Shown piece after piece: positions 1-9,244 of a DNA stretch of 32,862 nt. Every line of letters starts with the position of its first letter. Position 1 is the first letter of the stretch. The notes below the pieces were generated by a model. That model was not told the DNA's origin, did not search any database, and saw only the letters and a list, made by a program, of their open reading frames with translations. Position numbers and translations under genes: made by a program. The stretch is taken from the sequence record DRR378314_854; one strand, given 5' to 3'.

Positions 1-1
1 C

Positions 2-406
2 CTGACCGGCGTGTTCAACACCGTACATCCTGTATGGCCGGGTATGCGCGAGCGCAAGTTTGGCCGCATCATTGTGATCAGCTCGATCAACGGTCAGAAA
101 GGCCAATTCGCGCAGGTGAACTATGCTGCGACCAAGGCGGGCGATCTGGGCATCGTGAAATCACTGGCGCAGGAAGGTGCACGGGCCGGTATCACCGCTA
201 ACGCGATCTGCCCTGGCTATATCGCGACCGAAATGGTGATGGCGGTTCCGGAAAAAGTGCGCGAATCGATCATCGGCCAAATCCCCGCAGGCCGCCTGGG
301 TGAGCCGGAGGAAATCGCCCGTTGCGTAGCGTTCCTGGCTTCGGACGATTCACAGTTCATCAACGGCTCGACCATCTCGGCCAACGGTGCACAATTCTTT
401 GTCTGA
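2..406 (+). CDS. phbB: Acetoacetyl-CoA reductase (SDR family), 3' part; truncated by window edge
   Basis: Open frame from base 2 (LTGVFN...); SSINGQKGQF.Q.NYAATK catalytic YxxxK, ICPGYIATEMV, and ISANGAQFF C-terminus typical of PhbB/PhaB. Confidence 0.93.
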   Translation: MTGVFNTVHPVWPGMRERKFGRIIVISSINGQKGQFAQVNYAATKAGDLGIVKSLAQEGARAGITANAICPGYIATEMVMAVPEKVRESIIGQIPAGRLGEPEEIARCVAFLASDDSQFINGSTISANGAQFFV

Positions 407-424
407 ACAAGTTGTATCAGAATG

Positions 425-461
425 AAAACGGGCCGGTCCAATCAGGACCGGCCCTTCTTTT
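425..461. terminator. Probable bidirectional intrinsic terminator
   Basis: Perfect 10-bp stem GGGCCGGTCC (430-439) / GGACCGGCCC (445-454), 5-nt loop, TTCTTTT on the right and AAAA on the left; lies between convergent phbB and the small ORF. Confidence 0.88.
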
Positions 462-487
462 ATCCCGTAAGACCGCGCGCGCTGCGG

Positions 488-598
488 TCAGCGGGAACCG
501 AAAATCAATCTCCAGATGCTTCTGACCGCTTTGCCACGCTCGGAATGCGCCCTTTGAAAGGCACGCTGGACAGAAGGATGGGTTGTCATCTCAATCAT
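488..598 (-). CDS. Small protein, 36 aa (MIEMTTHPSVQRAFQRAHSERGKAVRSIWRLIFGSR), RSP_7527-like
   Basis: Translated by hand; ATG at 598 preceded by SD-like AAAGAGG; TGA at 488-490; RAHxER plus aromatic tail; divergent from the LysR gene. Confidence 0.72.
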   Translation of the reverse strand: MIEMTTHPSVQRAFQRAHSERGKAVRSIWRLIFGSR

Positions 599-687
599 AT
601 TAGCCTCTTTCCCGGATCAGTTTCATTTGACTTAAATTGATATTGAGGCTTATTTTTCCTACGTACAAACGAGGAATTTCGAGGCTA

Positions 688-708
688 CAGTTAAGGAAAT
701 TTTAACTG
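688..708. promoter_or_regulatory. Palindromic operator CAGTTAA-N7-TTAACTG (LysR T-N11-A box and/or CtrA-type TTAA-N7-TTAA)
   Basis: Perfect 7-bp inverted repeat ending 2 nt before the LysR ATG. Confidence 0.65.
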
Positions 709-710
709 AC

Positions 711-1658
711 ATGAGTGACCGCCTACCCCCGCTGACAGCGCTGCGCGCCTTTGATGCCGCCGCGCGGCACATGTCCTTTGCCAAAGCCGCCGAAGAGTTG
801 CACGTTACCCCGGCCGCACTGTCCTTTCAGATCAAATCGCTGGAGGAGCACCTGGGGCAGCCACTGTTTCGCCGCCTGAACCGGGCCGTCGAACTGACCG
901 AGACGGGGCATACATTGGCCCCCGGTGCTGCAGAGGGCTTTGCAACGCTACAAACGGCATGGGCGGCGACACGCAGGCTGCAGGACACCAAGACGCTAAC
1001 CCTCACCGCTGGGCCGGCGTTGACTGCCAAATGGCTGGCCCCGCGGCTGTTTGAATTTGCACGCCTCCACCCGGATATCGAACTACGGCTATCCGCATCG
1101 CTTAAAGTCGTGGATTTACGGCGGGATGATGTGGACGCGGCGATCCGTTTTGGAATTTCGGACGATACAGACCTGGCTTCATATGCTGCCCGTCCAGATT
1201 GGGTGACGCCAATCATGACACCAGAGCTGTATGAAAGATTTCAAACACCGGATTCGCTTCGTGAGGCGCCGCTCATATTTGACGATTCGCTCTTCAACGT
1301 AGCGCCGGGCTGCGATTGGCCGTCGTGGTTTCGTGCCGTCGGAATGTCGTTTGCGCCGACAACGGGTACACATTTTTCTCAGCCTGATCATGCCATTGAT
1401 GCGGCCTGTGCCGGGTTGGGGGTCGCGTTGGGACGACGGCCATTGATTATCAAGGATGTACGCGAAGGTCGGTTGATTGCCCCCTTCAAAGTGGCTGTTC
1501 AGACCAGAGCCCGGTTCCGCTTTATCTGCCTACCGGAATCCAAAGATCGCCCGCAAATTACGGCTTTCCGAGACTGGTTCTTTGCAGAAATCGAAAAAAC
1601 CGCACATATGTGGGATGACTTCGAGATCATTCCCGAAAAGGAACTGAGATACTCATGA
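711..1658 (+). CDS. LysR-family transcriptional regulator, GcvA-like
   Basis: RLPPLTALRAFDAAARHMSFAKAAEELHVTPAALSFQIKSLEEHLG helix-turn-helix; KWLAPRL..F and DAAIRFG of GcvA-type substrate-binding domains. Confidence 0.93.
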   Translation: MSDRLPPLTALRAFDAAARHMSFAKAAEELHVTPAALSFQIKSLEEHLGQPLFRRLNRAVELTETGHTLAPGAAEGFATLQTAWAATRRLQDTKTLTLTAGPALTAKWLAPRLFEFARLHPDIELRLSASLKVVDLRRDDVDAAIRFGISDDTDLASYAARPDWVTPIMTPELYERFQTPDSLREAPLIFDDSLFNVAPGCDWPSWFRAVGMSFAPTTGTHFSQPDHAIDAACAGLGVALGRRPLIIKDVREGRLIAPFKVAVQTRARFRFICLPESKDRPQITAFRDWFFAEIEKTAHMWDDFEIIPEKELRYS

Positions 1659-2521
1659 CCCGTTCTCGTGCGACCGCAATCGGCTTTGTCGCCGTATTGC
1701 TGTGGTCTCTGCTGGCCCTGTTCACTGTTGGTTCATCCCCAACACCCCCGCTGCTGCTGAACGCCATTTGTTTTACAATCGGCGGCATTTTAGGCCTGAT
1801 CTGGACCGCAATGAGCGGCGGACTTGGGCAATTGCGTCACATCGCGTGGACGACCTACCTTTTTGGAACAATCGGGCTTTTCGGCTATCACGCACTTTAT
1901 TTCTCGGCCTTGCGCATGGCCCCTGCGGCCGAAGCGGGATTGATCGCCTATCTATGGCCCTTATTGATTGTCCTGCTGTCTGGCCTGCTGCCCGGAGAGC
2001 ATCTGAAACCTGGCCATCTGATCGGGGCCTGCCTTGGCTTTGCCGGGGCGGCTGTCATCATCACTGGTGGCGGAAGTGCGGGATTCCAGGCCCAGCACCT
2101 GCCCGGCTATGGGCTGGCTTTGCTGTGCGCGCTGACATGGTCTGGCTATTCGGTTCTGTCGCGTCGGTTGGGCGACGTGCCTACAAGCTCGGTTGCGGTG
2201 TTCTGCATCTTGACGGCCATTGCTTCATGGATCTTGCATTTCGCAGTGGAAGAGACGGTCTGGCCGCAAAGCGTCTTGAGCTGGGCCTCGACCGTTGCAT
2301 TGGGTCTGGGGCCTGTTGGGCTGGCATTTTATGTTTGGGATATTGGGGTCAAGCGCGGGGATATTCAAATCCTGGGCACCGCCTCATACGCGGCGCCTTT
2401 GCTATCCACGCTGGTTTTGGTTTTGGCCGGGATCGCCGCCCCGTCCTGGGGCCTGGCGATCGCGGCATTGTTTGTCACCGGTGGCGCTGCCATCGCGGCC
2501 CGCGCCAGCCTGAAGGCTTAG
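1655..2521 (+). CDS. DMT/EamA transporter (YddG-like aromatic amino acid exporter)
   Basis: About 10 hydrophobic helices; IAYLWPLLIVL and WDIGVKRGD motifs; ATGA overlap with the LysR gene. Confidence 0.88.
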   Translation: MTRSRATAIGFVAVLLWSLLALFTVGSSPTPPLLLNAICFTIGGILGLIWTAMSGGLGQLRHIAWTTYLFGTIGLFGYHALYFSALRMAPAAEAGLIAYLWPLLIVLLSGLLPGEHLKPGHLIGACLGFAGAAVIITGGGSAGFQAQHLPGYGLALLCALTWSGYSVLSRRLGDVPTSSVAVFCILTAIASWILHFAVEETVWPQSVLSWASTVALGLGPVGLAFYVWDIGVKRGDIQILGTASYAAPLLSTLVLVLAGIAAPSWGLAIAALFVTGGAAIAARASLKA

Positions 2522-2682
2522 GCCGACAGGCGCTCGATCTCTTCTTTCAGCTTCAGCTTCTGTTTCTTGAGCTGTGCGATATGGAGATCGTCGATACCAG
2601 GTGAGCGTTGCGCTTCTTCCACTTCAAGACCAAGAGTTTCGTGTTTCTTCTTCAACTCCGTCAAATGTGCGCTCACGCTCAT
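2518..2682 (-). CDS. YdcH/DUF465 family small coiled-coil protein (54 aa)
   Basis: MSVSAHLTELKKKH...LKKQKLKLKEEIERL; strong AAGGAGG SD places the start at 2682 rather than 2715. Confidence 0.88.
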   Translation of the reverse strand: MSVSAHLTELKKKHETLGLEVEEAQRSPGIDDLHIAQLKKQKLKLKEEIERLSA

Positions 2683-2806
2683 GGCGGTCCTCCTTCTCTG
2701 GTTTGTAAGTGTCACGTAAGAAGTTGATCACATCATTTCCAGCCTGTCACGCTGCAGACGCACAGAATCTGTAACAAATCCGACAAATTCGGCTGGTCAT
2801 TGCCGA

Positions 2807-3574
2807 TCAGGCGAACAGCCCGGTCAACGCCGCCCCATCACGCAGCACGGCTGAAACCTGAGGAGTGTAGCTTTCGCCATCCTCAACGTGCCGGTCACCC
2901 GCATGCAGAACAAGTGGTGCATGCAACCGGAATGCAGCGCGTCCACCTTTTCTGGCGCGCAGGATTACCAGTTCAGCGGCACGATTCGCCCGGGGTGACA
3001 AGGGCAGAACCTCGACTGAGCCCAATCGCCCAGCGCAGCCCGTCAGCAAGTCGGGCAGTCGATCCGCTTTCTGGATCATGTGCAGATACCCACGCGGAGC
3101 CAGCCGCCGGGCAGCGACATCGATCCAATCCTGCAACGGCGTGTTCTCACCCAACGCAACTCGTCGCCCCGCATCGGTCGCCGGGCTGTACGCGCCGGGG
3201 CGGTAATAGGGGGGATTGGCGATGACATGATCGAACTGCATCTGGCGCAGATCTTCTGGCAGGGCGCTCAGGTCGGCCTCAACTATGGTCAGGTTGGTAT
3301 TTTCATCCGCGTTCCGGCGCGCCAGTTCCGCGTAGGCCGGTTGCAGCTCGACTCCCGTCGCCTGCAGCAGCGGTACGCGCGCCATCAGGCATTGGATCGC
3401 CGCCCCCGCCCCGCAGCCCAGTTCCAACACGAACTGGCCTGCGCATGCCGGGACCGAAGCCGCCAGCAAAACCGGATCGACCCCTGCGCGATATCCTGAG
3501 CGCGGCTGCCACAGACGCACACGGCCGCCCAGAAAATCATTGCAGGTCAAATCGCTGTCGGAAAAGCTGCTCAT
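2807..3574 (-). CDS. SAM-dependent methyltransferase, tRNA1(Val) A37-N6 methyltransferase (YfiC/TrmN6)-like
   Basis: GYRAGVDPVLLAA, ELGCGAG SAM-binding motif, NPPY catalytic motif. Confidence 0.85.
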   Translation of the reverse strand: MSSFSDSDLTCNDFLGGRVRLWQPRSGYRAGVDPVLLAASVPACAGQFVLELGCGAGAAIQCLMARVPLLQATGVELQPAYAELARRNADENTNLTIVEADLSALPEDLRQMQFDHVIANPPYYRPGAYSPATDAGRRVALGENTPLQDWIDVAARRLAPRGYLHMIQKADRLPDLLTGCAGRLGSVEVLPLSPRANRAAELVILRARKGGRAAFRLHAPLVLHAGDRHVEDGESYTPQVSAVLRDGAALTGLFA

Positions 3575-3786
3575 CGCCCCAATGGGATCTCATTGTCGCG
3601 CATGACCCGTTCGGCACGGGTCAGATCGTCGGTGCGGACCATCAGACGGCGGGGGAAGATTCCGATGCCCCCTTCGAGGATGCTCATATTTACGTCCATC
3701 TGAAAGCAGTCTATATCCTCGCCCTTGAGAAGGGCGGTTGCAAAGGCCAGGATAGTCGGATCGGTGCTGCGCAATAGTTCTTTCAT
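3571..3786 (-). CDS. DUF2007 family (PII-like) small protein
   Basis: MKELLRSTDP...MSILEGGIGIFPRRLMV; ATGA overlap with the methyltransferase. Confidence 0.85.
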   Translation of the reverse strand: MKELLRSTDPTILAFATALLKGEDIDCFQMDVNMSILEGGIGIFPRRLMVRTDDLTRAERVMRDNEIPLGR

Positions 3787-3842
3787 GGGGGTGGATGTAA
3801 GGGCAAGGTGAGCCGGAAGTCGAGCCTTGTATCAGGAGTGTG

Positions 3843-4841
3843 ATGAGCATCAGCACAATCTCGAAACCGCACGAGCGTCTGGCAGAGATGCTGGCGGGTG
3901 AAATGGCTGCGGTGAATACGTTGATTCGGACGCGCATGGCGTCGGAACACGCGCCGCGCATTCCCGAAGTGACCGCTCATCTGGTCGAGGCCGGTGGCAA
4001 GCGCCTGCGCCCGATGCTGACCTTGGCAGCGGCGCAGCTGTTCGGGTACGCCGGTGACCATCACGTCAAGCTGGCTGCTACGGTCGAGTTCATTCACACC
4101 GCCACCCTGTTGCATGACGATGTGGTTGATGAAAGCGGGCAGCGTCGGGGTCGTCCGACCGCAAACCTGCTTTGGGACAACAAATCCAGCGTTCTGGTCG
4201 GTGATTATCTGTTTTCCCGCAGCTTCCAGTTGATGGTCGAAACTGGCTCACTTCGCGTTTTGGATATTCTGGCCAACGCTTCTGCAACCATTGCCGAAGG
4301 CGAGGTGCTGCAGATGACCGCAGCGACCGATCTGGGCACGGATGAAGGCGTGTATCTGCAAGTCGTGCGCGGCAAGACCGCAGCGCTATTCTCGGCCGCA
4401 ACCGAGGTGGGCGGCGTGATCGCTGGCGCGTCTGACAGGCAGATCAAGGCACTATATGACTATGGTGACGCGCTGGGGATTGCGTTCCAGATCGCAGATG
4501 ATCTGTTGGATTATCAAGGCAATAGCGCAGCGACGGGTAAGAATGTCGGTGACGATTTCCGTGAACGCAAACTGACCTTACCTGTGATCAAAGCCGTCGC
4601 CCAAGCGAGCCCCGAAGAATATGCGTTCTGGGAACGTACGATCGGGCGTGGCCGTCAGGAAGAGGGCGATCTGGATCATGCCCTGTCACTGATGGGGAAA
4701 TATGGCACGCTGGACGCAACCCGCGCGGATGCATTTGATTGGGCCGCCAAGGCCAAATCAGCGCTGGCAACGCTTCCTGATCACGAGATTCGCATCCTTT
4801 TGGGCGATCTGGCCGATTACGTCGTTTCGCGCCTCAACTAA
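3843..4841 (+). CDS. ispB: Long-chain polyprenyl (decaprenyl/octaprenyl) diphosphate synthase
   Basis: GGKRLRP, LLHDDVVD...RRG and QIADDLLD aspartate-rich motifs; AGGAG SD (start 3840 GTG or 3843 ATG). Confidence 0.92.
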   Translation: MSISTISKPHERLAEMLAGEMAAVNTLIRTRMASEHAPRIPEVTAHLVEAGGKRLRPMLTLAAAQLFGYAGDHHVKLAATVEFIHTATLLHDDVVDESGQRRGRPTANLLWDNKSSVLVGDYLFSRSFQLMVETGSLRVLDILANASATIAEGEVLQMTAATDLGTDEGVYLQVVRGKTAALFSAATEVGGVIAGASDRQIKALYDYGDALGIAFQIADDLLDYQGNSAATGKNVGDDFRERKLTLPVIKAVAQASPEEYAFWERTIGRGRQEEGDLDHALSLMGKYGTLDATRADAFDWAAKAKSALATLPDHEIRILLGDLADYVVSRLN

Positions 4842-5655
4842 GCATCGTCGCGCGACACCACCAGCCAGGTTGTGCGGCACCAATCTCATAAGCGGCAAAA
4901 TGAGCTGCCTTCAACGTGGGGTAAAGCGCGAAACAGGTTGAACCTGAGCCCGACATGCGCGTCAGAAGCACATCTCGCGTATCGCGCAAAGCATCGATGA
5001 CATCCGCAATACCGGGTGCCACGGATCGCGCAGGTTCCTGCAAGTCGTTTCGCTGATCCAGCAACCAGTCGGCGCAGTCTTCTGGTGTTTTGAATGCGGG
5101 AATGTCCGCTGGCATCGGTTTGTTTTCACGGCTCCGCAAGGCGGAGAAGATTGCCCCAGTCGGCACTGTGATACCCGGATTGACCAGTAGCGCAGGTAAA
5201 GGCGGCAAAGTGATCGGTTCGACCCATTCACCAATCCCCCGCATCCGCGCCGCCGCGGCATGCATGCAGACGGGAACATCAGCACCAAGTGACAGCTGTG
5301 CAGCTTCGGCCATCTCGATCCCCTGCGCGGTCACAGTGCGCAAGACTGCCGCCGCGTCAGAGGACCCCCCGCCAATGCCGCCTCCATGGGGCAAATGCTT
5401 GTCCAGATAAATACTGCCAGTCCAGCCTATGGCTTCGGCGGCTTGCCATACCAGATTGCAATGATCAGTGGGAACACCGTTCGAAAACTCACCGGTGATC
5501 GAAAGCATCAGCTCGGGACCGGATATAAGGTTCAAGCGATCGCCGATATCCGCAAAGGCAACCAGCGAATCCAGAAGATGATAGCCATCTTCACGCTGGC
5601 CGGTCACATGCAGGGTCAGATTGATCTTTGCAGGCGCAAATGCCTCAGCCTTCAT
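4834..5655 (-). CDS. ispE: 4-diphosphocytidyl-2-C-methyl-D-erythritol kinase
   Basis: APAKINLTLHV, GIGGGSSDAAA GHMP motif, LGADVP, MSGSGST; ATG start chosen at 5655. Confidence 0.95.
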   Translation of the reverse strand: MKAEAFAPAKINLTLHVTGQREDGYHLLDSLVAFADIGDRLNLISGPELMLSITGEFSNGVPTDHCNLVWQAAEAIGWTGSIYLDKHLPHGGGIGGGSSDAAAVLRTVTAQGIEMAEAAQLSLGADVPVCMHAAAARMRGIGEWVEPITLPPLPALLVNPGITVPTGAIFSALRSRENKPMPADIPAFKTPEDCADWLLDQRNDLQEPARSVAPGIADVIDALRDTRDVLLTRMSGSGSTCFALYPTLKAAHFAAYEIGAAQPGWWCRATMLS

Positions 5656-7357
5656 TGGCAACCTTCAGTGGTTCCCCGCCTTCCTCAACCAGAACGGCAT
5701 CCAACCCAACCTCAATCTTGCGACGGATGCGTTCGGGATCGGCCTCACCGTCCGTATCTTCGGGATCAATGAAGGATAGGGCTCGTTTCCACTGGAATTC
5801 GGCCTCACGCGCGCGGCCCACGGCCCAATAGACATCACCCAGATGATCATTCACCACCGGATCGACGGGCATCAGCTCAACCGCGCGCTCCATATGTTCT
5901 ACCGCTTCATCATATCGACCGAGGCGGAACAGCACCCATCCCAGACTATCGACAATATAGCCACTATCCGGGCGCGCCGAGACCGCGCGTTCGATCATGC
6001 CCAGAGCCTCGTCCAGCTTTTCCTGCCGTTCGACCAGCGAATAACCAAGATAGTTCAGCACCTGCGGCTGGTCAGGGTTCAACTCAAGCGCGCGGCGGAA
6101 ATCAGCCTCGGCCTGTTCCCAATTCTTGAGGCGCTCATGCGAAATCCCACGGGCGTAGTGCAAGAACCAATTGCTACCTGCACCTTCCTCGGTCAGGGCA
6201 ATGGCTTTATCATACGAACTGACCGCCGCAACGTAATCTTCCTGCTGACGTCGAAGATCCGCCAATGCCACATGTACGCCGGGTAAATCAGGACTTTGAG
6301 CTGCAAGGTTTTGCAGCACTTCTGCAGCTGCATCTTTGCGATCTGAACGGCTGAGCACTTCGGCGCGGCCCAATTCAGCGGCATGATAGTCACTGCTGCC
6401 CGGAGGCACCTGCCGATAGACGTCAACAGCCAGATCATATTGCTCAAGCCCGTCCAGCAGTTCAGCGCTCAGCAGGATCGCATCGATGTGGTCGGGGCGC
6501 AGGAAGGTCGCGGCCCGAACGTAGAGCAGAACATAGTCTTGCGACGCCTCGGCACTCAAAGCGGCACCCACTGAATAGAACACTTCGGCCATGCCGTCCT
6601 GGGCTGATCTTACATGTGTGAACGGCAGTGTTTCGCCCGCCGTCAGGCGTTGAACATACCCTTCTATGGTTGGATCGCTCCCCGCAGCAAACACTTCGTC
6701 GAGGAACTGCAGCGCATCTTCGTTGCGATCCAATTGCGACAATACTTCGGCCCGCGACAGCGCTGCCCGCCGAGAAAACCGGGCGACCACACCGTTATCG
6801 GCCGTGAAAATTGCCTCAGCACCTTCAATATCACCGACCGAAGCCAAGGCCAAAGCCTTGTGATAATGCGCGAATTCTTTCAGACCTTCCTGGGTTGAGA
6901 CAGCATCGAAATGCTCCATCGCTTTGGACATGGCACCTTGCGCCATATGGGTCCAAGCGATCAGCAAGCCATCAACCAAGGGGCCAACCCCCTGTGATTC
7001 AGGGTCACGGGCCAGAAATTCATCCAACTCTCCGCTTGCCAGCAGATTAGCCGAAATCACCATACGGGCGGCCTGACTGGGCAGATCTTGCTCTTCTATA
7101 GCAAACGCAACCGGTAATGCGCGTTCGATTTCGCCAAGAGCCAGCCGCGCCACCACGACGTTCTCCAACAGCCTTGCGTTTTCGGGATCAACCTTCAAAG
7201 CCTCCGAATAATATCGTTCGGCGGCTGGATAGTCGCTTTGATATATCGCCTGCCGCCCTGCCAGATACGATCCCGATCCGGTATCTGATACCGCCGGTAG
7301 TGCCATTGCCGAGCTGAGGATTACGGCCAGTGCCGCGCGTCTTATCGGGGAAACCAC
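5645..7357 (-). CDS. Exported tetratricopeptide-repeat protein
   Basis: Signal peptide, GSYLAGR N-terminal motif, multiple TPRs (VLNYLGYSL, IVDSLGWVLF, DHLGDVYW); start probably GTG 7357 or TTG 7360 rather than 7453. Confidence 0.88.
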   Translation of the reverse strand: MVSPIRRAALAVILSSAMALPAVSDTGSGSYLAGRQAIYQSDYPAAERYYSEALKVDPENARLLENVVVARLALGEIERALPVAFAIEEQDLPSQAARMVISANLLASGELDEFLARDPESQGVGPLVDGLLIAWTHMAQGAMSKAMEHFDAVSTQEGLKEFAHYHKALALASVGDIEGAEAIFTADNGVVARFSRRAALSRAEVLSQLDRNEDALQFLDEVFAAGSDPTIEGYVQRLTAGETLPFTHVRSAQDGMAEVFYSVGAALSAEASQDYVLLYVRAATFLRPDHIDAILLSAELLDGLEQYDLAVDVYRQVPPGSSDYHAAELGRAEVLSRSDRKDAAAEVLQNLAAQSPDLPGVHVALADLRRQQEDYVAAVSSYDKAIALTEEGAGSNWFLHYARGISHERLKNWEQAEADFRRALELNPDQPQVLNYLGYSLVERQEKLDEALGMIERAVSARPDSGYIVDSLGWVLFRLGRYDEAVEHMERAVELMPVDPVVNDHLGDVYWAVGRAREAEFQWKRALSFIDPEDTDGEADPERIRRKIEVGLDAVLVEEGGEPLKVANEG

Positions 7358-7391
7358 CAATTGCCTGCCTTGCTGTCGTTGCCTGAACGAC

Positions 7392-7420
7392 AAGCTAGGG
7401 CTTTGGTGGGCCAGAGGCAA
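7392..7420 (-). promoter_or_regulatory. Putative sigma70 promoter for TPR-ispE
   Basis: TTGCCT-N17-TAGCTT on the minus strand, about 35 nt upstream of the TPR start. Confidence 0.5.
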
Positions 7421-7461
7421 TGGCAGAGCCTTCACGACCCCGCCAGTACCCATGTTCTCGC

Positions 7462-9108
7462 CTACATATTGGGGTAGTTCGGGCCGTCGCCGCCTTGCGG
7501 CGTGGTCCAGGTGATATTCTGGCTGGGATCCTTGATGTCACAGGTCTTGCAGTGAACACAGTTCTGAAAGTTGATCACGAATCGCGCCTCCCCATCGTCC
7601 TCGACCATCTCATAGACACCCGCTGGACAATACCGCTGCGCCGGTTCGTCGAATTTAGGCAGATTGACCTTAACCGGAATTTCCGGATCGGTGAGGCGCA
7701 GGTGGCAGGGCTGGCTTTCCTCATGATTGGTCGCGGCAAACGATACGTTTGTCAGGCGGTCGAAGGACAGCACACCGTCGGGTTTCGGGTAATCGATTGG
7801 CTGGTGCTTGCTGGCATCTTCGGTCGACTCAGCGTCGTTCTTGCCATGTCCAACCGTACCAAACAGCGAGAAGCCCAGCGTGTTCGACCACATATCCAGA
7901 CCGCCCAGCATCAGACTGGCGGTCAGGCCCCATTTCGACCAGATCGGCTTGACGTTGCGCACTTTCTTCAGGTCTGCGCCGATTGGGCCGTCGCGTACGT
8001 CGGTCTCGTAGATGGTCAGCTCATCACCCGAACGCTCGGCCTTGATTGCGTCATAGGCAGCCTCGGCCGCGGCTTTGCCCGACAGCATCGCATTGTGGTT
8101 GCCCTTGATGCGCGGCACGTTGACCATACCCGCCGAACAGCCCAGCAGCGCCACACCCGGAGCAACCAGCTTTGGCATCGACTGATAACCGCCCTCGGTG
8201 ATCGCCCGCGCGCCGTAGGCAACACGCTTGCCGCCTTTCAGCAACTCGGCAACCATCGGGTGATGCTTGAAGCGCTGGAATTCCATGTACGGATACAGGT
8301 GCGGGTTTTTGTAGTTCAGATGGACCACAAAACCGACATAAACCTGATTGTTCTCAAGGTGATAGATGAACGACCCACCGCCCGCGTTGCTGCCCAACGG
8401 CCAACCCATCGTGTGGGTGACAGTGCCTTCCTTGTGCTTGGCTGGATCGATCTCCCAGATCTCTTTCATGCCGACGCCATATTTCTGCACTTCTTTGCCA
8501 GCAGACAGATCGTATTTGGCGATCACTTCTTTGGACAGTGAGCCACGCACACCTTCTGACAAGAAGACATATTTGCCGTGCAGTTCCATACCAGGTTCGG
8601 TGTTTGGTCCGTACGAACCATCCGCTTCCAGACCAAACACACCTGCCACAACGCCTTTGACTTCACCGTTTTCGCCATAGACCATTTCAGAGCAGGCCAT
8701 GCCGGGGAAAATCTCTACGCCCAGCTCTTCGGCCTGTTCGGCCATCCAGCGGCAGACATTGCCCATTGAGACGATGTAGTTACCGTGGTTGTTCATCAGC
8801 GGCGGCATCGGGAAATTGGGAATGCGGATCTGGCCCGCCTCGCCCAGCATATAGAAGTTGTCTTCTTCCACCGGCACATTCAGTGGCGCGCCTTTTTCCT
8901 TCCAATCGGGGATCAGCGCATCCAGACCGCAGGGGTCCAGCACAGCACCCGACAGGATATGTGCACCCACTTCCGAGCCCTTTTCCAGCACGACGACGTT
9001 CAGATCAGCATCCAGTTGTTTCAAACGGATGGCCGCAGACAGACCGGCAGGGCCTGCGCCCACGATCACCACGTCATATTCCATCGCTTCGCGTTCAATC
9101 TCGGCCAT
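7462..9108 (-). CDS. Electron transfer flavoprotein-ubiquinone oxidoreductase (ETF-QO)
   Basis: DVVIVGAGPAGLSAA FAD motif, GAHILSGA, C-terminal 4Fe-4S ligands YCPAGVYE...NCVHCKTCDIKDP; AGGAG SD. Confidence 0.97.
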   Translation of the reverse strand: MAEIEREAMEYDVVIVGAGPAGLSAAIRLKQLDADLNVVVLEKGSEVGAHILSGAVLDPCGLDALIPDWKEKGAPLNVPVEEDNFYMLGEAGQIRIPNFPMPPLMNNHGNYIVSMGNVCRWMAEQAEELGVEIFPGMACSEMVYGENGEVKGVVAGVFGLEADGSYGPNTEPGMELHGKYVFLSEGVRGSLSKEVIAKYDLSAGKEVQKYGVGMKEIWEIDPAKHKEGTVTHTMGWPLGSNAGGGSFIYHLENNQVYVGFVVHLNYKNPHLYPYMEFQRFKHHPMVAELLKGGKRVAYGARAITEGGYQSMPKLVAPGVALLGCSAGMVNVPRIKGNHNAMLSGKAAAEAAYDAIKAERSGDELTIYETDVRDGPIGADLKKVRNVKPIWSKWGLTASLMLGGLDMWSNTLGFSLFGTVGHGKNDAESTEDASKHQPIDYPKPDGVLSFDRLTNVSFAATNHEESQPCHLRLTDPEIPVKVNLPKFDEPAQRYCPAGVYEMVEDDGEARFVINFQNCVHCKTCDIKDPSQNITWTTPQGGDGPNYPNM

Positions 9109-9244
9109 CGCGGGCTCCTTCGCTTACTTTCCGAATTGGCGCTTTTCTCATGCGGTCCGCGCAATATTGTTTCACGGCTGATTACATGGTCGGAAAGACC
9201 TTGGTCAATCGAAACACGGCGTAACAATGACGCTATTCGACAAT

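Noticed and set aside
422..640. 72-aa plus-strand ORF, and the 322..525 ORF
   Set aside because: They run through the terminator and are antisense to the better-supported 36-aa ORF; no recognisable motif
617..642. ATCAGTTT-N10-AAATTGAT dyad containing TTGACTTAAATTGA, a possible FNR box
   Set aside because: Three mismatches to TTGAT-N4-ATCAA in an AT-rich promoter; insufficient support
1702..2604. 300-aa alternative-frame ORF over the DMT gene
   Set aside because: Arg/Pro/Cys-rich off-frame product of high-GC coding sequence
2700..2800. CTGTCAC/CTGTAAC heptamers resembling Pho-box half-sites
   Set aside because: Spaced 25 bp apart, not the 11-bp period of a Pho box
7420..8541. 373-aa ORF antisense to ETF-QO
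   Set aside because: Shadow ORF caused by codon bias; no independent motif
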